Assembly (NCBI GenBank): GCA_019359075.1
Contig: JAHHIB010000008.1
Coordinates: forward strand, 100,793 to 132,792
Origin: Kalymmatonema hyalinum WJT4-NPBG1
GTDB lineage: Bacteria; Cyanobacteriota; Cyanobacteriia; Cyanobacteriales; Nostocaceae
DNA: 32,000 bases
Direction of reading: 5' to 3'
The position numbers were made by a program, and so were the translations under genes. Of this stretch, positions 1 through 9,098 are shown one piece after another (position 1 is the first letter of the stretch; each line of letters starts with the position of its first letter). The notes below the pieces were generated by a model that saw only the letters and a program-made list of their open reading frames with translations, had not been told where the DNA came from and did no database searches.

Positions 1-347
1 CAGGAGGAGTTTCTATCGAAGCTCTTAAAGCCTACTATCTTGTCTCTAATATTTTTATGATTACCAGTGAACATGAGGGGTTTTGTGTCCCACTGGTCGA
101 AGCTATGGCAATGAAATTGCCAATTGTAGCTTACGGTTCAACTGCAATTCCTTACACAGTAGGAAAAGCAGGTTTGGTTTGGAACCAACCAGATCCTTAC
201 CTACTGGCTGGGTCAGTAGACTGTGTAGCTAGGGATGAAATGATTAGTGCCAATCTTGGTGAACTTGGATGGCGGCGATACAACGAAGCTTTTACAAATG
301 AACAAATTGAAACCAGTTTTCTAGAAATTATTAAAAACATAGAATGA
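1..347 (+). CDS. Glycosyltransferase family 4 (GT-B fold), C-terminal fragment; 5' end lies outside the window
   Basis: Frame 3 is open from nt 3. The translation ...VSIEALKAYYLVSNIFMITSEHEGFCVPLVEAMAMKLPIVAY carries the GT4 'EHEGFxxPxxEAM' motif. Stop TGA 345-347 overlaps the next ATG (ATGA). Confidence 0.8.
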   Translation, partial: GGVSIEALKAYYLVSNIFMITSEHEGFCVPLVEAMAMKLPIVAYGSTAIPYTVGKAGLVWNQPDPYLLAGSVDCVARDEMISANLGELGWRRYNEAFTNEQIETSFLEIIKNIE

Positions 348-1531
348 AAAAGATTGCAATTGTTGTTCAAAGATGCCATGAAAGCATAGTAGGAGGCTCA
401 GAAGCTTTAGCATGGCAATATGCTACTTTGCTGAGTGATGAATTTAAAGTTGATGTCATTACAACAACGGCATTAGATTATATAACTTGGGCTAATGTAC
501 TATCTCCGGGTTGTGAAACAAAGCAAGGCATAAACGTTTATCGCTTTCCGGTAACTATAGGGCGAAGTGAGTACTGGCACAGAATACATGAACGACTTCT
601 ACGAGAGTTTAATTACCGGAAACAAACTCAGACAGACAATAGCAAACTCATACCTTGGAGTATCGCGCTGCAGGAAGAATTTATTCGCCGTCAAGGTCCT
701 TACTCAGAACCGATGCTGTCTTTTTTGAGAGAGCGGTCTACTGACTATGAGGCTATCATATTTGCAACTTATCTTTATCCAACCACTTACTTTGGAGTGA
801 CTCAGGTTCCATTATCCAAGGTTCTGCTAGTCCCAACACTCCATGATGAGCCAGCTGCATATCTGACTGCTTATAAGTATATGTATCGCCGAATTCGCTC
901 TTGGATTTGGTTGACTAATGCTGAAAAACTTGTAGGAGAAAACTTATGGGGAGAATTACCGGGTCGTGTTGTCTCTATGGGAGTTGAAACGCTACCTTGT
1001 AGTCCTTTCAAAGCTGAATACCCTTATTTACTTTACTGTGGTCGTGTTGATCCAAGTAAGGGATGTAATGACTTAATAAATTTTTTCATTCAGTTTAAGA
1101 AAAGTCAGCCATCAAACTTGCGTTTAATTTTGACAGGTAAAGCTGAAATGGAAATACCATCTCATTCAGACATTGAATTTAGAGGCTTTGTTTCATCAGA
1201 AGAAAAATTTCAACTTATGGCTGGAGCTTCTATTTTTGTTATGCCTTCACCCTATGAAAGTTTTAGCATAGTCACTTTGGAGGCAATGGCTCAACGTACT
1301 CCTGTCTTAGTCAATGGCTCTTGTCAAGTGTTGGTTGAACACGTTGCACGTAGTGGTGGCGGTAATATTTATTCTAGCTATGAAGACTTTGCTAAAGCAA
1401 TACAAGAAATAATGGCAAATCAGAATCATCTGACTGAAACGGGTGAGATAGCCAGGAAATATGTCGTAGATAATTATGCTTTTAAAAGCGTCAAAAATAA
1501 TCTTTTGGAAATCATTGACAAATCTCTTTAA
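344..1531 (+). CDS. Glycosyltransferase family 4 (GT-B)
   Basis: 395-aa ORF. C-terminal half has FVMPSPYESFSIVTLEAMAQRTPVLVNG, the GT4 E-x7-E region. ATGA start/stop overlap with the upstream gene suggests translational coupling. Confidence 0.8.
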   Translation: MKKIAIVVQRCHESIVGGSEALAWQYATLLSDEFKVDVITTTALDYITWANVLSPGCETKQGINVYRFPVTIGRSEYWHRIHERLLREFNYRKQTQTDNSKLIPWSIALQEEFIRRQGPYSEPMLSFLRERSTDYEAIIFATYLYPTTYFGVTQVPLSKVLLVPTLHDEPAAYLTAYKYMYRRIRSWIWLTNAEKLVGENLWGELPGRVVSMGVETLPCSPFKAEYPYLLYCGRVDPSKGCNDLINFFIQFKKSQPSNLRLILTGKAEMEIPSHSDIEFRGFVSSEEKFQLMAGASIFVMPSPYESFSIVTLEAMAQRTPVLVNGSCQVLVEHVARSGGGNIYSSYEDFAKAIQEIMANQNHLTETGEIARKYVVDNYAFKSVKNNLLEIIDKSL

Positions 1532-1645
1532 ACTATCCATAATATCCATACTTTCAGCAATTAACTAAGTAATAAAGACTAGTAGTTTATCTTTCATGAA
1601 ATTTAGCGGAAGTCAAAAGTCTCAAATCAATCTTGGATTCGATTT

Positions 1646-2608
1646 ATGTATAGTTATTCTATCATTATAGTGATTCCAGTATTTAATGACTGGGAATCTT
1701 TAAGTATTTTAGTCATGAAAATAGACGAAATATTGTATAGCGAAAATATTAATGCTGATATTTATCTATTAAATGATGGTTCAACAATAAGTTTTCAGGG
1801 AATTCTAAAAATATCTGACACCAAAGCTATAAATCAAATATATATTTTGGATTTGACAAGAAACCTTGGCCATCAAAGAGCAATTGCTGTAGGACTAGCA
1901 TACATTGAAGCTAATATTGACTGTCAAGCAATTGTTGTAATGGATAGTGACGGAGAGGATGATCCAAGAGATATTCCTAAACTTGTTTCTAAATGTAGCG
2001 AAGAAAAATTTTCAAAAATAGTATTTGCTAGACGTACTCAACGTTCCGAAACTTTGCTATTTAGATTATTTTATAAAATATATAAATCCTTATTTATATT
2101 ACTTACGGGTGAACAGATAGAAATGGGTAATTTTAGTATTATTCCTTTTGATAGTTTACGACGGATTGTTGTGGTATCAGAAATTTGGAATCATTATGCT
2201 GCAGGAATCTTGAAAGCCAGGATTCCTTTTGTAACTGTTCCATGTAAACGTAGTAGTCGTATAACTGGACGATCAAAGATGAACTTTGTGTCTTTAATAA
2301 TGCATGGTCTTAGTGCAATTTCTATATATGGTGATGTTATAGGTGTCAAAGCTCTACTTCTAGCTATTCTACTGATGTTACTTAGTATGATAATTATTAT
2401 TGTAGTTTACATAGTCAGAGTAGCTGTTCCTAATTGGGCTCCTTATGTTGCTGGGTTGTCTTTCATTATTTTTCTACAACTGATAACTATATCTTTTTCT
2501 TTCATATTCTTAATCTTAAATGGAAGGAATAACTTTGTTTTTCTGCCAAAACGAGATTTTCATTATTTTATACTAAAGATTCATCAATTTCTTTTAAGTC
2601 ATAAATAA
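1646..2608 (+). CDS. GT2-family polyprenyl-phosphate glycosyltransferase (GtrB/ArnC/DPM1-like) with C-terminal TM helices
   Basis: The N-terminus IIVIPVFNDWESL...LNDGS...VVMDSDGEDDP is the GT-A/GT2 signature with a DxD-type acidic motif. About 320 aa with two hydrophobic helices near the C-terminus (LLLAILLMLLSMIIIIVVYIV; GLSFIIFLQLITISFSFIFLIL), as in GtrB/ArnC-type enzymes. Confidence 0.75.
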   Translation: MYSYSIIIVIPVFNDWESLSILVMKIDEILYSENINADIYLLNDGSTISFQGILKISDTKAINQIYILDLTRNLGHQRAIAVGLAYIEANIDCQAIVVMDSDGEDDPRDIPKLVSKCSEEKFSKIVFARRTQRSETLLFRLFYKIYKSLFILLTGEQIEMGNFSIIPFDSLRRIVVVSEIWNHYAAGILKARIPFVTVPCKRSSRITGRSKMNFVSLIMHGLSAISIYGDVIGVKALLLAILLMLLSMIIIIVVYIVRVAVPNWAPYVAGLSFIIFLQLITISFSFIFLILNGRNNFVFLPKRDFHYFILKIHQFLLSHK

Positions 2609-2647
2609 TGGCTTTTCATCTTTTTTAGTAAGTAAGTTTAGGTAATT

Positions 2648-4951
2648 ATGATACGAGTAAAAGACAAATATAAGATATTTTTTTGGTATTTTTTGGTCCT
2701 TGTATTTGCTTATATTTCTCATTTTTTACTAATTATTAAAAATTTTTCGCCTTTAATTGGATTTGGTGATGAAGAACAATGGGAATATGCAGGCTTTTAC
2801 TTATTAAAAAATTTAACTTTTACTCCATTTCCTCACCTTAATCTTGTTAATAACCAAGTATTTTATCCCTATGGTACCAATAGTGTATTTCAGCCTTGGG
2901 GTATAGAAAGAGATATATTTTATGCGGGTTTTGAATTTTTTTTTGGAATGGGACCCTGGATACAGATCTACTATCTTTTAACATTATTAGTTACAGCAAT
3001 AGGAAGTTTTAGACTGTTATTGTGGGATTACGGTTTTGTTCGTGCCAGCGGCTCTACATTAATAATTTCCTTCTTTAATTTTTACGCACTTTATAAGTAT
3101 CCAATACAGTTGAGCTATTCAGTAATTCACTGGACTGTGCTGAGCTTTATAGCAGATTTTCTAATAGTTAAAAGGGTTGCTTTGAAGCAACATTTATCTT
3201 TAAAACTCGTTTTATTAAGAGTATGTCTATTGCTCTTGTCTATGGGTCAGGAGTTAGGATATATAGCTGGCTACGCACTTATGTCTTTTAGTATTTCGCT
3301 CCTTTACATTGCTTCAATAGTTTTATATAGAAAATTGAAATCAAGGCAAAAGTTAATCGGCTTATTTAAAAGTTATTTAATAGACTGGAGGACAGAGTTT
3401 TTTTCAAACCGTCGCACATATCTTTTGTTAGTGGGATTTTCTGTTGTCACCGCATATGTATATTTACCTTTAGTTTTTCAAATTTTTAAGGAAGCTAAAA
3501 GTTTTGACTTTACAGGAGTTATTACAGGAGCTTGGTGGACTAGTCCCTTGAGGTTAGTAATTCCCTTTTTACCTTTCTTTAATCCCGAAACACTCAAAGA
3601 TCAACAAATTTTTGGGGATTTACCAGAGGCTTTAGTTGATGGAAGCCCTGGTTTGTCCCTACTTATTCTTGGGATTTTAGGAATATGGCAGGCACGTAAA
3701 CGAATGATCATCTTTGTGCCCCTAATTATTATTTTCCTCCTTTGCCTTGTTTACCACCCAACTAATTTACCAACTCTTAAAATATTTCCTTGGTTTTCCT
3801 TCAATCGAGTTGCAGGTCGTTCTACTGTCATTTACCCAGTTATACTTGGTATCTTCGCCTTGCATATCAATTTGAACTGGTTGCAATCTCGTAGTAAGCA
3901 ATTAATTACAGGAATGTTAGTGCTTCTAGCTTCTACTGAGATTTATACAGCTTATTCATTCAAGCTAAATTATCAACCATACGTGTTAGACCAGAAATTT
4001 TTTACATACATGAATTATGTAAAAGATCAACCAGGAGAAGCCGTTCTGGATTGGCCATTTTGTGCACAAGGCGGAAACGGTGTCGGTAGTCCAGAGCTTT
4101 GCCCATACTTTTGGAAAAATGCTTCAATTTTTGCTTTAAGAAGGTTTCATGAGAAAAAAGTCATGGGGCAGTACTTTGGTAGGTTGCATCCTTCTCAGAT
4201 AGAACCATATCTTCAAGCGGGTTGGGACAAACTATTTTTACCCGACAACCCAGATATTTCAAAAGCTTCAAAACAAAGGCGCTGCTTTCGTCCAGAGGAA
4301 TGGTCCTTTTTTACAGATTTCTATAAGTTCAATGATTTTGCTGGGATTAATCTTTATGTAGATTTGTTACCAGAAACTTGCGTTAATGAATTTTATACAC
4401 GTTTTGGTACTCCTAATATCGAGACTAAGGTTCCTGGAGCAGGCAATGTTCAATTTATAAAAAAACCTTCTGAATTAAGAAATGAAGTTGACTTAGCGTT
4501 GGGTACTAAATTAAGGTTTGACCCTTTCTTAGATTTATCTGAAACTGACTTGCTTAAGTTCAGTTCACCTTATGGTTTAACTATTAATGGTTTAAGCACA
4601 ATAGAGCAAAATTCTCAAAGTGGCACTTGGCGTTGGGCTTTAGGTCCGGAAACTCGCCTAAAGTTTAAGCTGCAGAAACCTCAATCACTAATGTTGTTTT
4701 TTAGCTTGAGCAATCCTATTGATAATCAGGATATAGTTATAGAAATCAATGGAGCCACTGTAGATCACTTAGCTGCAATAAAAAAAGATGACTCATTCAA
4801 GCGTAGCATCGAATTTCTTGGGAACGAAGGAGACAATACCGTACTATTTAAATATAAGAAGTGGAACCAATATAAAGGAACATTTGCCCGAAAAGATCAA
4901 CGACATCTTGCTGCATTTGTCACGGAATTTTCAATTAAAGAAAAGTCATAA
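2648..4951 (+). CDS. Large polytopic membrane protein with about 330-aa soluble C-terminal domain; putative GT-C-type (polyprenyl-P-sugar dependent) glycosyltransferase
   Basis: 767-aa ORF. The first ~440 aa consist of many hydrophobic segments. An acidic motif (GFGDEEQWEY) sits in the first predicted loop after TM1, as in GT-C enzymes. The gene lies between a GtrB-like GT2 and a small flippase-like gene. The function is inferred from context, not from a recognised motif set. Confidence 0.55.
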   Translation: MIRVKDKYKIFFWYFLVLVFAYISHFLLIIKNFSPLIGFGDEEQWEYAGFYLLKNLTFTPFPHLNLVNNQVFYPYGTNSVFQPWGIERDIFYAGFEFFFGMGPWIQIYYLLTLLVTAIGSFRLLLWDYGFVRASGSTLIISFFNFYALYKYPIQLSYSVIHWTVLSFIADFLIVKRVALKQHLSLKLVLLRVCLLLLSMGQELGYIAGYALMSFSISLLYIASIVLYRKLKSRQKLIGLFKSYLIDWRTEFFSNRRTYLLLVGFSVVTAYVYLPLVFQIFKEAKSFDFTGVITGAWWTSPLRLVIPFLPFFNPETLKDQQIFGDLPEALVDGSPGLSLLILGILGIWQARKRMIIFVPLIIIFLLCLVYHPTNLPTLKIFPWFSFNRVAGRSTVIYPVILGIFALHINLNWLQSRSKQLITGMLVLLASTEIYTAYSFKLNYQPYVLDQKFFTYMNYVKDQPGEAVLDWPFCAQGGNGVGSPELCPYFWKNASIFALRRFHEKKVMGQYFGRLHPSQIEPYLQAGWDKLFLPDNPDISKASKQRRCFRPEEWSFFTDFYKFNDFAGINLYVDLLPETCVNEFYTRFGTPNIETKVPGAGNVQFIKKPSELRNEVDLALGTKLRFDPFLDLSETDLLKFSSPYGLTINGLSTIEQNSQSGTWRWALGPETRLKFKLQKPQSLMLFFSLSNPIDNQDIVIEINGATVDHLAAIKKDDSFKRSIEFLGNEGDNTVLFKYKKWNQYKGTFARKDQRHLAAFVTEFSIKEKS

Positions 4952-5006
4952 TCTCGAGATTATAAAATGTTAATTAGTAGCAAAAAAGAGTAGAGAGGAC
5001 ATCTTT

Positions 5007-5375
5007 GTGACACTCCAAGAATTGAGTTTACTGCTGATGTCAGTCATAGCTAGTGTAGCAGGGCAGTTTTTTTTAAAAGCAGGAGCACTTAAGTTAGGCA
5101 GAGTTCATGCAGGGAATGCGGTTAATCACATTCTAAGCATCTTGACAACACCTGAACTTTTAATAGGGCTAACTTGCTACGCTCTAGGAGCTCTCGCTTA
5201 TATCCTACTTTTAACCAGAGTCAGCCTAAGCGTTGCTGGTCCATCCGTCTCCCTCGTTTATATTTTCTCAGTCCTACTGGGTTACTTCATATTCAAAGAA
5301 CCCATTCCCTTAATTCGCCTTATAGGTTTGACCTTCATTATGAGTGGAGTTATTTTGGTAGTCTGGAAAAAATAA
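5007..5375 (+). CDS. Small 4-TM DMT/SMR-like membrane protein (EamA-like; ArnE/ArnF- or GtrA-like flippase candidate)
   Basis: 122 aa, four hydrophobic helices, ending ...LIGLTFIMSGVILVVWKK as is typical of EamA/SMR-like proteins. The start is GTG at 5007; the alternative is ATG at 5037. Confidence 0.6.
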   Translation: MTLQELSLLLMSVIASVAGQFFLKAGALKLGRVHAGNAVNHILSILTTPELLIGLTCYALGALAYILLLTRVSLSVAGPSVSLVYIFSVLLGYFIFKEPIPLIRLIGLTFIMSGVILVVWKK

Positions 5376-5442
5376 AACTTATCGTGCTCGACTGAGTTTT
5401 AGCAGATACATCTTCTGCCTTAATAAGCAAAACGGTAAATTA

Positions 5443-6411
5443 ATGACTAAAAAAGCCCTGATCACTGGATTAACCGGACAAGACGGTTCTTATCTTGCTG
5501 AACTACTACTAGCCAAAGGCTACGAAGTATTTGGCTTAGTCCGCCGCTCCAGCACAAGTAACTTGGAGCGTGTCAGCCATCTGTTCAATCAGATCCAAAT
5601 TGTATCCGGCGACCTTTTGGATCAAACTTCCTTAATGGATGTGGTGACTGAAACACAACCGGATGAAATTTACAACCTCGCCTCCCAAAGCTATGTCCCC
5701 CTCTCCTGGACACAACCAGCCCTCACTGCTGAATACACTGCTCTTGGCGTCTCTCGCTTACTAGAATCTATCCGTCGCTGCAAACCGGATGCCAAATTCT
5801 ACCAAGCTTCCAGTAGCGAAGTTTTCGGTCAACCCGACGAATCACCCCAAACTGAACGCACTGCCTTTCGCCCTCGCAACCCCTACGGTGTCGCCAAAGC
5901 TTATGCTCACTGGATGACCGTCAACTATCGCCAACAATACAAGCTTTACGCTTGCTGTGGTATCACTTATACGCATGAATCTGCACGACGTGGTGCAGAA
6001 TTTGTATTTCGGAAAATCACCCAAGCAGCTGCCAAGATAAAACTTGGTTTAGCCAACGAAATAAAATTAGGTAACCTCGATGCTCGTCGTGACTGGTGCT
6101 ATGCCAAAGATGCTGTTTACGCCATGTGGCTGATGTTGCAGCAAGAGCAACCTGACGACTACATCATCGCCAGTGGTGAAACGCACTCAGTTAGAGAACT
6201 GGTTGAGTGTGCTTTCAACAGTGTTGGACTCAATTGGCAAGATTACGTTTCACTTGATCCAGCATTCTACCGTCCTGATGAACCAGTACAATTGGTTGGT
6301 TGCATTGATAAAATTAAGACCAAATTGGGTTGGCAACCTCAGTACTCTTTTAAGGAATTGGTAGAGTTAATGGTTGATTATGACCTCAAACAACTGAGCG
6401 AAAATAAGTAA
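5443..6411 (+). CDS. gmd: GDP-mannose 4,6-dehydratase
   Basis: 322 aa. KALITGLTGQDGSYLAELLLAKGYEVFGLVRRSS (Rossmann GxxGxxG of short-chain dehydrogenase Gmd), then ...FYQASSSEVFG...PRNPYGVAKAYAHW (catalytic S...YxxxK) and a DARRDW segment. Confidence 0.95.
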   Translation: MTKKALITGLTGQDGSYLAELLLAKGYEVFGLVRRSSTSNLERVSHLFNQIQIVSGDLLDQTSLMDVVTETQPDEIYNLASQSYVPLSWTQPALTAEYTALGVSRLLESIRRCKPDAKFYQASSSEVFGQPDESPQTERTAFRPRNPYGVAKAYAHWMTVNYRQQYKLYACCGITYTHESARRGAEFVFRKITQAAAKIKLGLANEIKLGNLDARRDWCYAKDAVYAMWLMLQQEQPDDYIIASGETHSVRELVECAFNSVGLNWQDYVSLDPAFYRPDEPVQLVGCIDKIKTKLGWQPQYSFKELVELMVDYDLKQLSENK

Positions 6412-6420
6412 TTGCCTAAT

Positions 6421-7731
6421 ATGCATTCAGAAACAGAAACAGAAATTTCATCCGTAGCCAAGAGTTGTTTTCCCGGCGTTAACATTTCAGGTTATGTTAA
6501 CAGTGAATTTGGTCTAGGAGAAGGCGTCAGATCCACTCTTAGAGCACTTGAGGCGGTTAATATTCCTTTGGTTATTAATAATTGCACTTTTAATACATAT
6601 CATAGGAAATTAGATTCTACTTTTACAAATTTTTCCGATGATAATCCCTATCCAATTAATATTATTCATGTGAATGGGGATATGATAAATTTTTTTCTCA
6701 ACTCTGTAGGCATTGAATATTTTAAAAATAAATATAATATTGGCTTTTGGGCATGGGAACTTCCAGATTTCCCCAAAGAATGGCTACCTGCATTGAATCT
6801 TTTTGATGAAATCTGGACTCCTAGCAGTTACAGTGTGGAGGCGATCGCCCCACTATCACCTATCCCAGTCATTAAGGTCACACATAGTATCTCACTACCA
6901 GAACCTACAGCAAGTAAACAATCACTAGGGTTACCAGATAATAAGTTTATTTTTCTCTTTATCTTTGATTTTTACAGCGTATTTGAACGCAAAAATCCTA
7001 TAGCAGTTATTGAAGCTTTTGCGCGAGCTTTCGGCAAAGATAATGAAAAAGTATTACTAGTTCTCAAGTTTTCTAATGCCAACAAATTTCCTGAAAAATA
7101 TAAGCAGTTAAAAGATTTAGTGAAAAACTTTAAGAATATTAAATTTATTGACAAATATTTGCTAAAAGACGAGCTTCATGCACTCATTTATCATTGTGAC
7201 TGCTACGTATCTTTACATCGTTCAGAAGGGTTCGGCTTGACAATTGCTGAGGCAATGTTTTATGAGAAACCAGTCATAGCAACTGCTTACTCAGGAAATA
7301 CTGACTTTATGAATGTTAGTAATAGTTTTCCTGTCAAGTACTCTTTAACTAGCTTAACAGAAGATTATGCACATTATAAAAAAGGAAATATATGGGCAGA
7401 ACCAGATGTTGACCATGCTGCATACCTAATGCAATACGTATTTAATAATGATGAAGAAGCAAAGCAGATAGGGAAAAAAGCCTCTGAACAAATCAAACTG
7501 TTGTTAAACCCTAAAATAATTGGACAAAAGATTAAAAATAGATTGGAATATATAACGCAAATCACTAAAAAAAATGGAAAAACTTCTGAATTAAATACAG
7601 AGTTAAAACATAAAGATGCAGAAATTCAACGATTACAAGCTTTGCTAGATTACATGGAAAGAAGTAGATTCTGGCAACTGAGAAATCAGTGGTTTAAGCT
7701 AAAAGAAATGTTGCAATCAAAATTTAATTAA
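6421..7731 (+). CDS. Glycosyltransferase family 4 with C-terminal coiled-coil tail
   Basis: The ORF is open from TTG 6412; the first ATG at 6421 is preferred. SLHRSEGFGLTIAEAMFYEKPVIATAYSGNTDF is the GT4 motif. The last ~60 aa (ELNTELKHKDAEIQRLQALLDYMERSRFWQLRNQWFKLKEML) are heptad-like. Stop TAA 7729-7731 shares its last base with the next ATG (7731-7733). Confidence 0.75.
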   Translation: MHSETETEISSVAKSCFPGVNISGYVNSEFGLGEGVRSTLRALEAVNIPLVINNCTFNTYHRKLDSTFTNFSDDNPYPINIIHVNGDMINFFLNSVGIEYFKNKYNIGFWAWELPDFPKEWLPALNLFDEIWTPSSYSVEAIAPLSPIPVIKVTHSISLPEPTASKQSLGLPDNKFIFLFIFDFYSVFERKNPIAVIEAFARAFGKDNEKVLLVLKFSNANKFPEKYKQLKDLVKNFKNIKFIDKYLLKDELHALIYHCDCYVSLHRSEGFGLTIAEAMFYEKPVIATAYSGNTDFMNVSNSFPVKYSLTSLTEDYAHYKKGNIWAEPDVDHAAYLMQYVFNNDEEAKQIGKKASEQIKLLLNPKIIGQKIKNRLEYITQITKKNGKTSELNTELKHKDAEIQRLQALLDYMERSRFWQLRNQWFKLKEMLQSKFN

Positions 7732-9092
7732 TGCCTGAACTGGAAAATGTTAAAACTCGCCCACGTTTGCTGATTGTCAGTAATGATGTGGTGGATACTA
7801 AAATGGCAGGTCCGGGGATGCGATACTTGGAATTAGCTCGCGTCTTGAGTCAGGAATTAGATGTAACTCTAGCTATTCCCTCTGAAACGACTCTCGAAGT
7901 CCCAAATATTAACTTGGTGCGTTACTGGGATGATCGCCCCAAAAGTTTGCAAGTCCTGGTGGAAAACAGCGATATTGCTTTGGTGTCTGGTTACATGGTA
8001 GAAAAATTCCCCTTTTTGCACCAGACACAAAAACGTATCATCGTTGACCTTTACGACCCGTTTATTCTAGAAAATTTACACTACCACCTCAACAAGCCAC
8101 TCGCTGCACAGGAAAGCTTGAACAACCGCGCAGTAGATGTGACGAATAGCCTAGCGCGTTTAGGTGATTTTTTTATTTGTGGAAGCGATCGCCAGCGAGA
8201 TTTGTGGATAGGTGTACTAGCTTCCAATGGACGCATTAACCCCCGCAATTTTGCCAAAGATAGTAGCCTACGCTCTTTGATTGATGTCGTAGGAATCGGC
8301 TTCCTCAACCGAGAACCTCGTCCAAATCCTACACTGCGCGGTATACATCCTGGATTTCCAGAAGATGCTCGTATTGTACTGTGGGGGGGCGGCATTTGGG
8401 ATTGGCTCGACCCCCTAACCTTAGTCAAAGCTTGGACTCAAGTTGTAGCTAAGAACCCGCAAGCACGACTCGTATTTTTAGGAACACGTCATCCTAATCC
8501 TCAGGTTGCTCCTCATAAAATGGCAGAACAAGTCCAAGTTCTTGCTGCTGAAATTGGTGAGAAAGACCGCACAATCTTTTTTTACGAGTGGATACCTTAC
8601 GAACAAAGAGAAGCGCTGTTGTGTGAAGCTGATATCGGGGTAACTCTTCATCCCCCACACATCGAAACCCGCTATTCCATTCGCACACGAGTACTAGATT
8701 ACCTTTGGGCGCGTTTACCAGTTCTTGTAAGTGAAGGCGATGTCACAAGTGAATGGGTAAAAGAGTATGGTGTTGGTAAAGCTGTACCACCATTGGATGT
8801 AGAAGCAGTATCGCAGGCGATCGCCCAAATGTTGGAACGTCCCAAATCATCTTGGGCTTCAGCATTTGACCCGTTGCGAGAATCCTTAAGTTGGTCACAA
8901 GTCGTTGAACCTCTCCGGCGGTATTGTTTGCAAGCAGAGTACGCGCCTGACCGACAGACACGTAAACTAGTTACACCGAGCGTGGTAAAACGTGGCAAAT
9001 TGGCGCGAGTTATTGAAATTTGGCGGACTGAGGGAAGTCGCGAACTTCTGCATCGCATTCGGCAAAAGTTTCGGCGGGGACTGGCGCGGTAA
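7731..9092 (+). CDS. Glycosyltransferase (GT-B, GT4-like)
   Basis: 453-aa ORF, GC-richer. RIVLWGGGIWDWLDPLTLVKAW...VFLGTRHPNP...LPVLVSEGD is consistent with the GT-B C-terminal domain. The TAATG junction shows coupling to the upstream gene. Confidence 0.7.
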   Translation: MPELENVKTRPRLLIVSNDVVDTKMAGPGMRYLELARVLSQELDVTLAIPSETTLEVPNINLVRYWDDRPKSLQVLVENSDIALVSGYMVEKFPFLHQTQKRIIVDLYDPFILENLHYHLNKPLAAQESLNNRAVDVTNSLARLGDFFICGSDRQRDLWIGVLASNGRINPRNFAKDSSLRSLIDVVGIGFLNREPRPNPTLRGIHPGFPEDARIVLWGGGIWDWLDPLTLVKAWTQVVAKNPQARLVFLGTRHPNPQVAPHKMAEQVQVLAAEIGEKDRTIFFYEWIPYEQREALLCEADIGVTLHPPHIETRYSIRTRVLDYLWARLPVLVSEGDVTSEWVKEYGVGKAVPPLDVEAVSQAIAQMLERPKSSWASAFDPLRESLSWSQVVEPLRRYCLQAEYAPDRQTRKLVTPSVVKRGKLARVIEIWRTEGSRELLHRIRQKFRRGLAR

Positions 9093-9098
9093 CCATAT

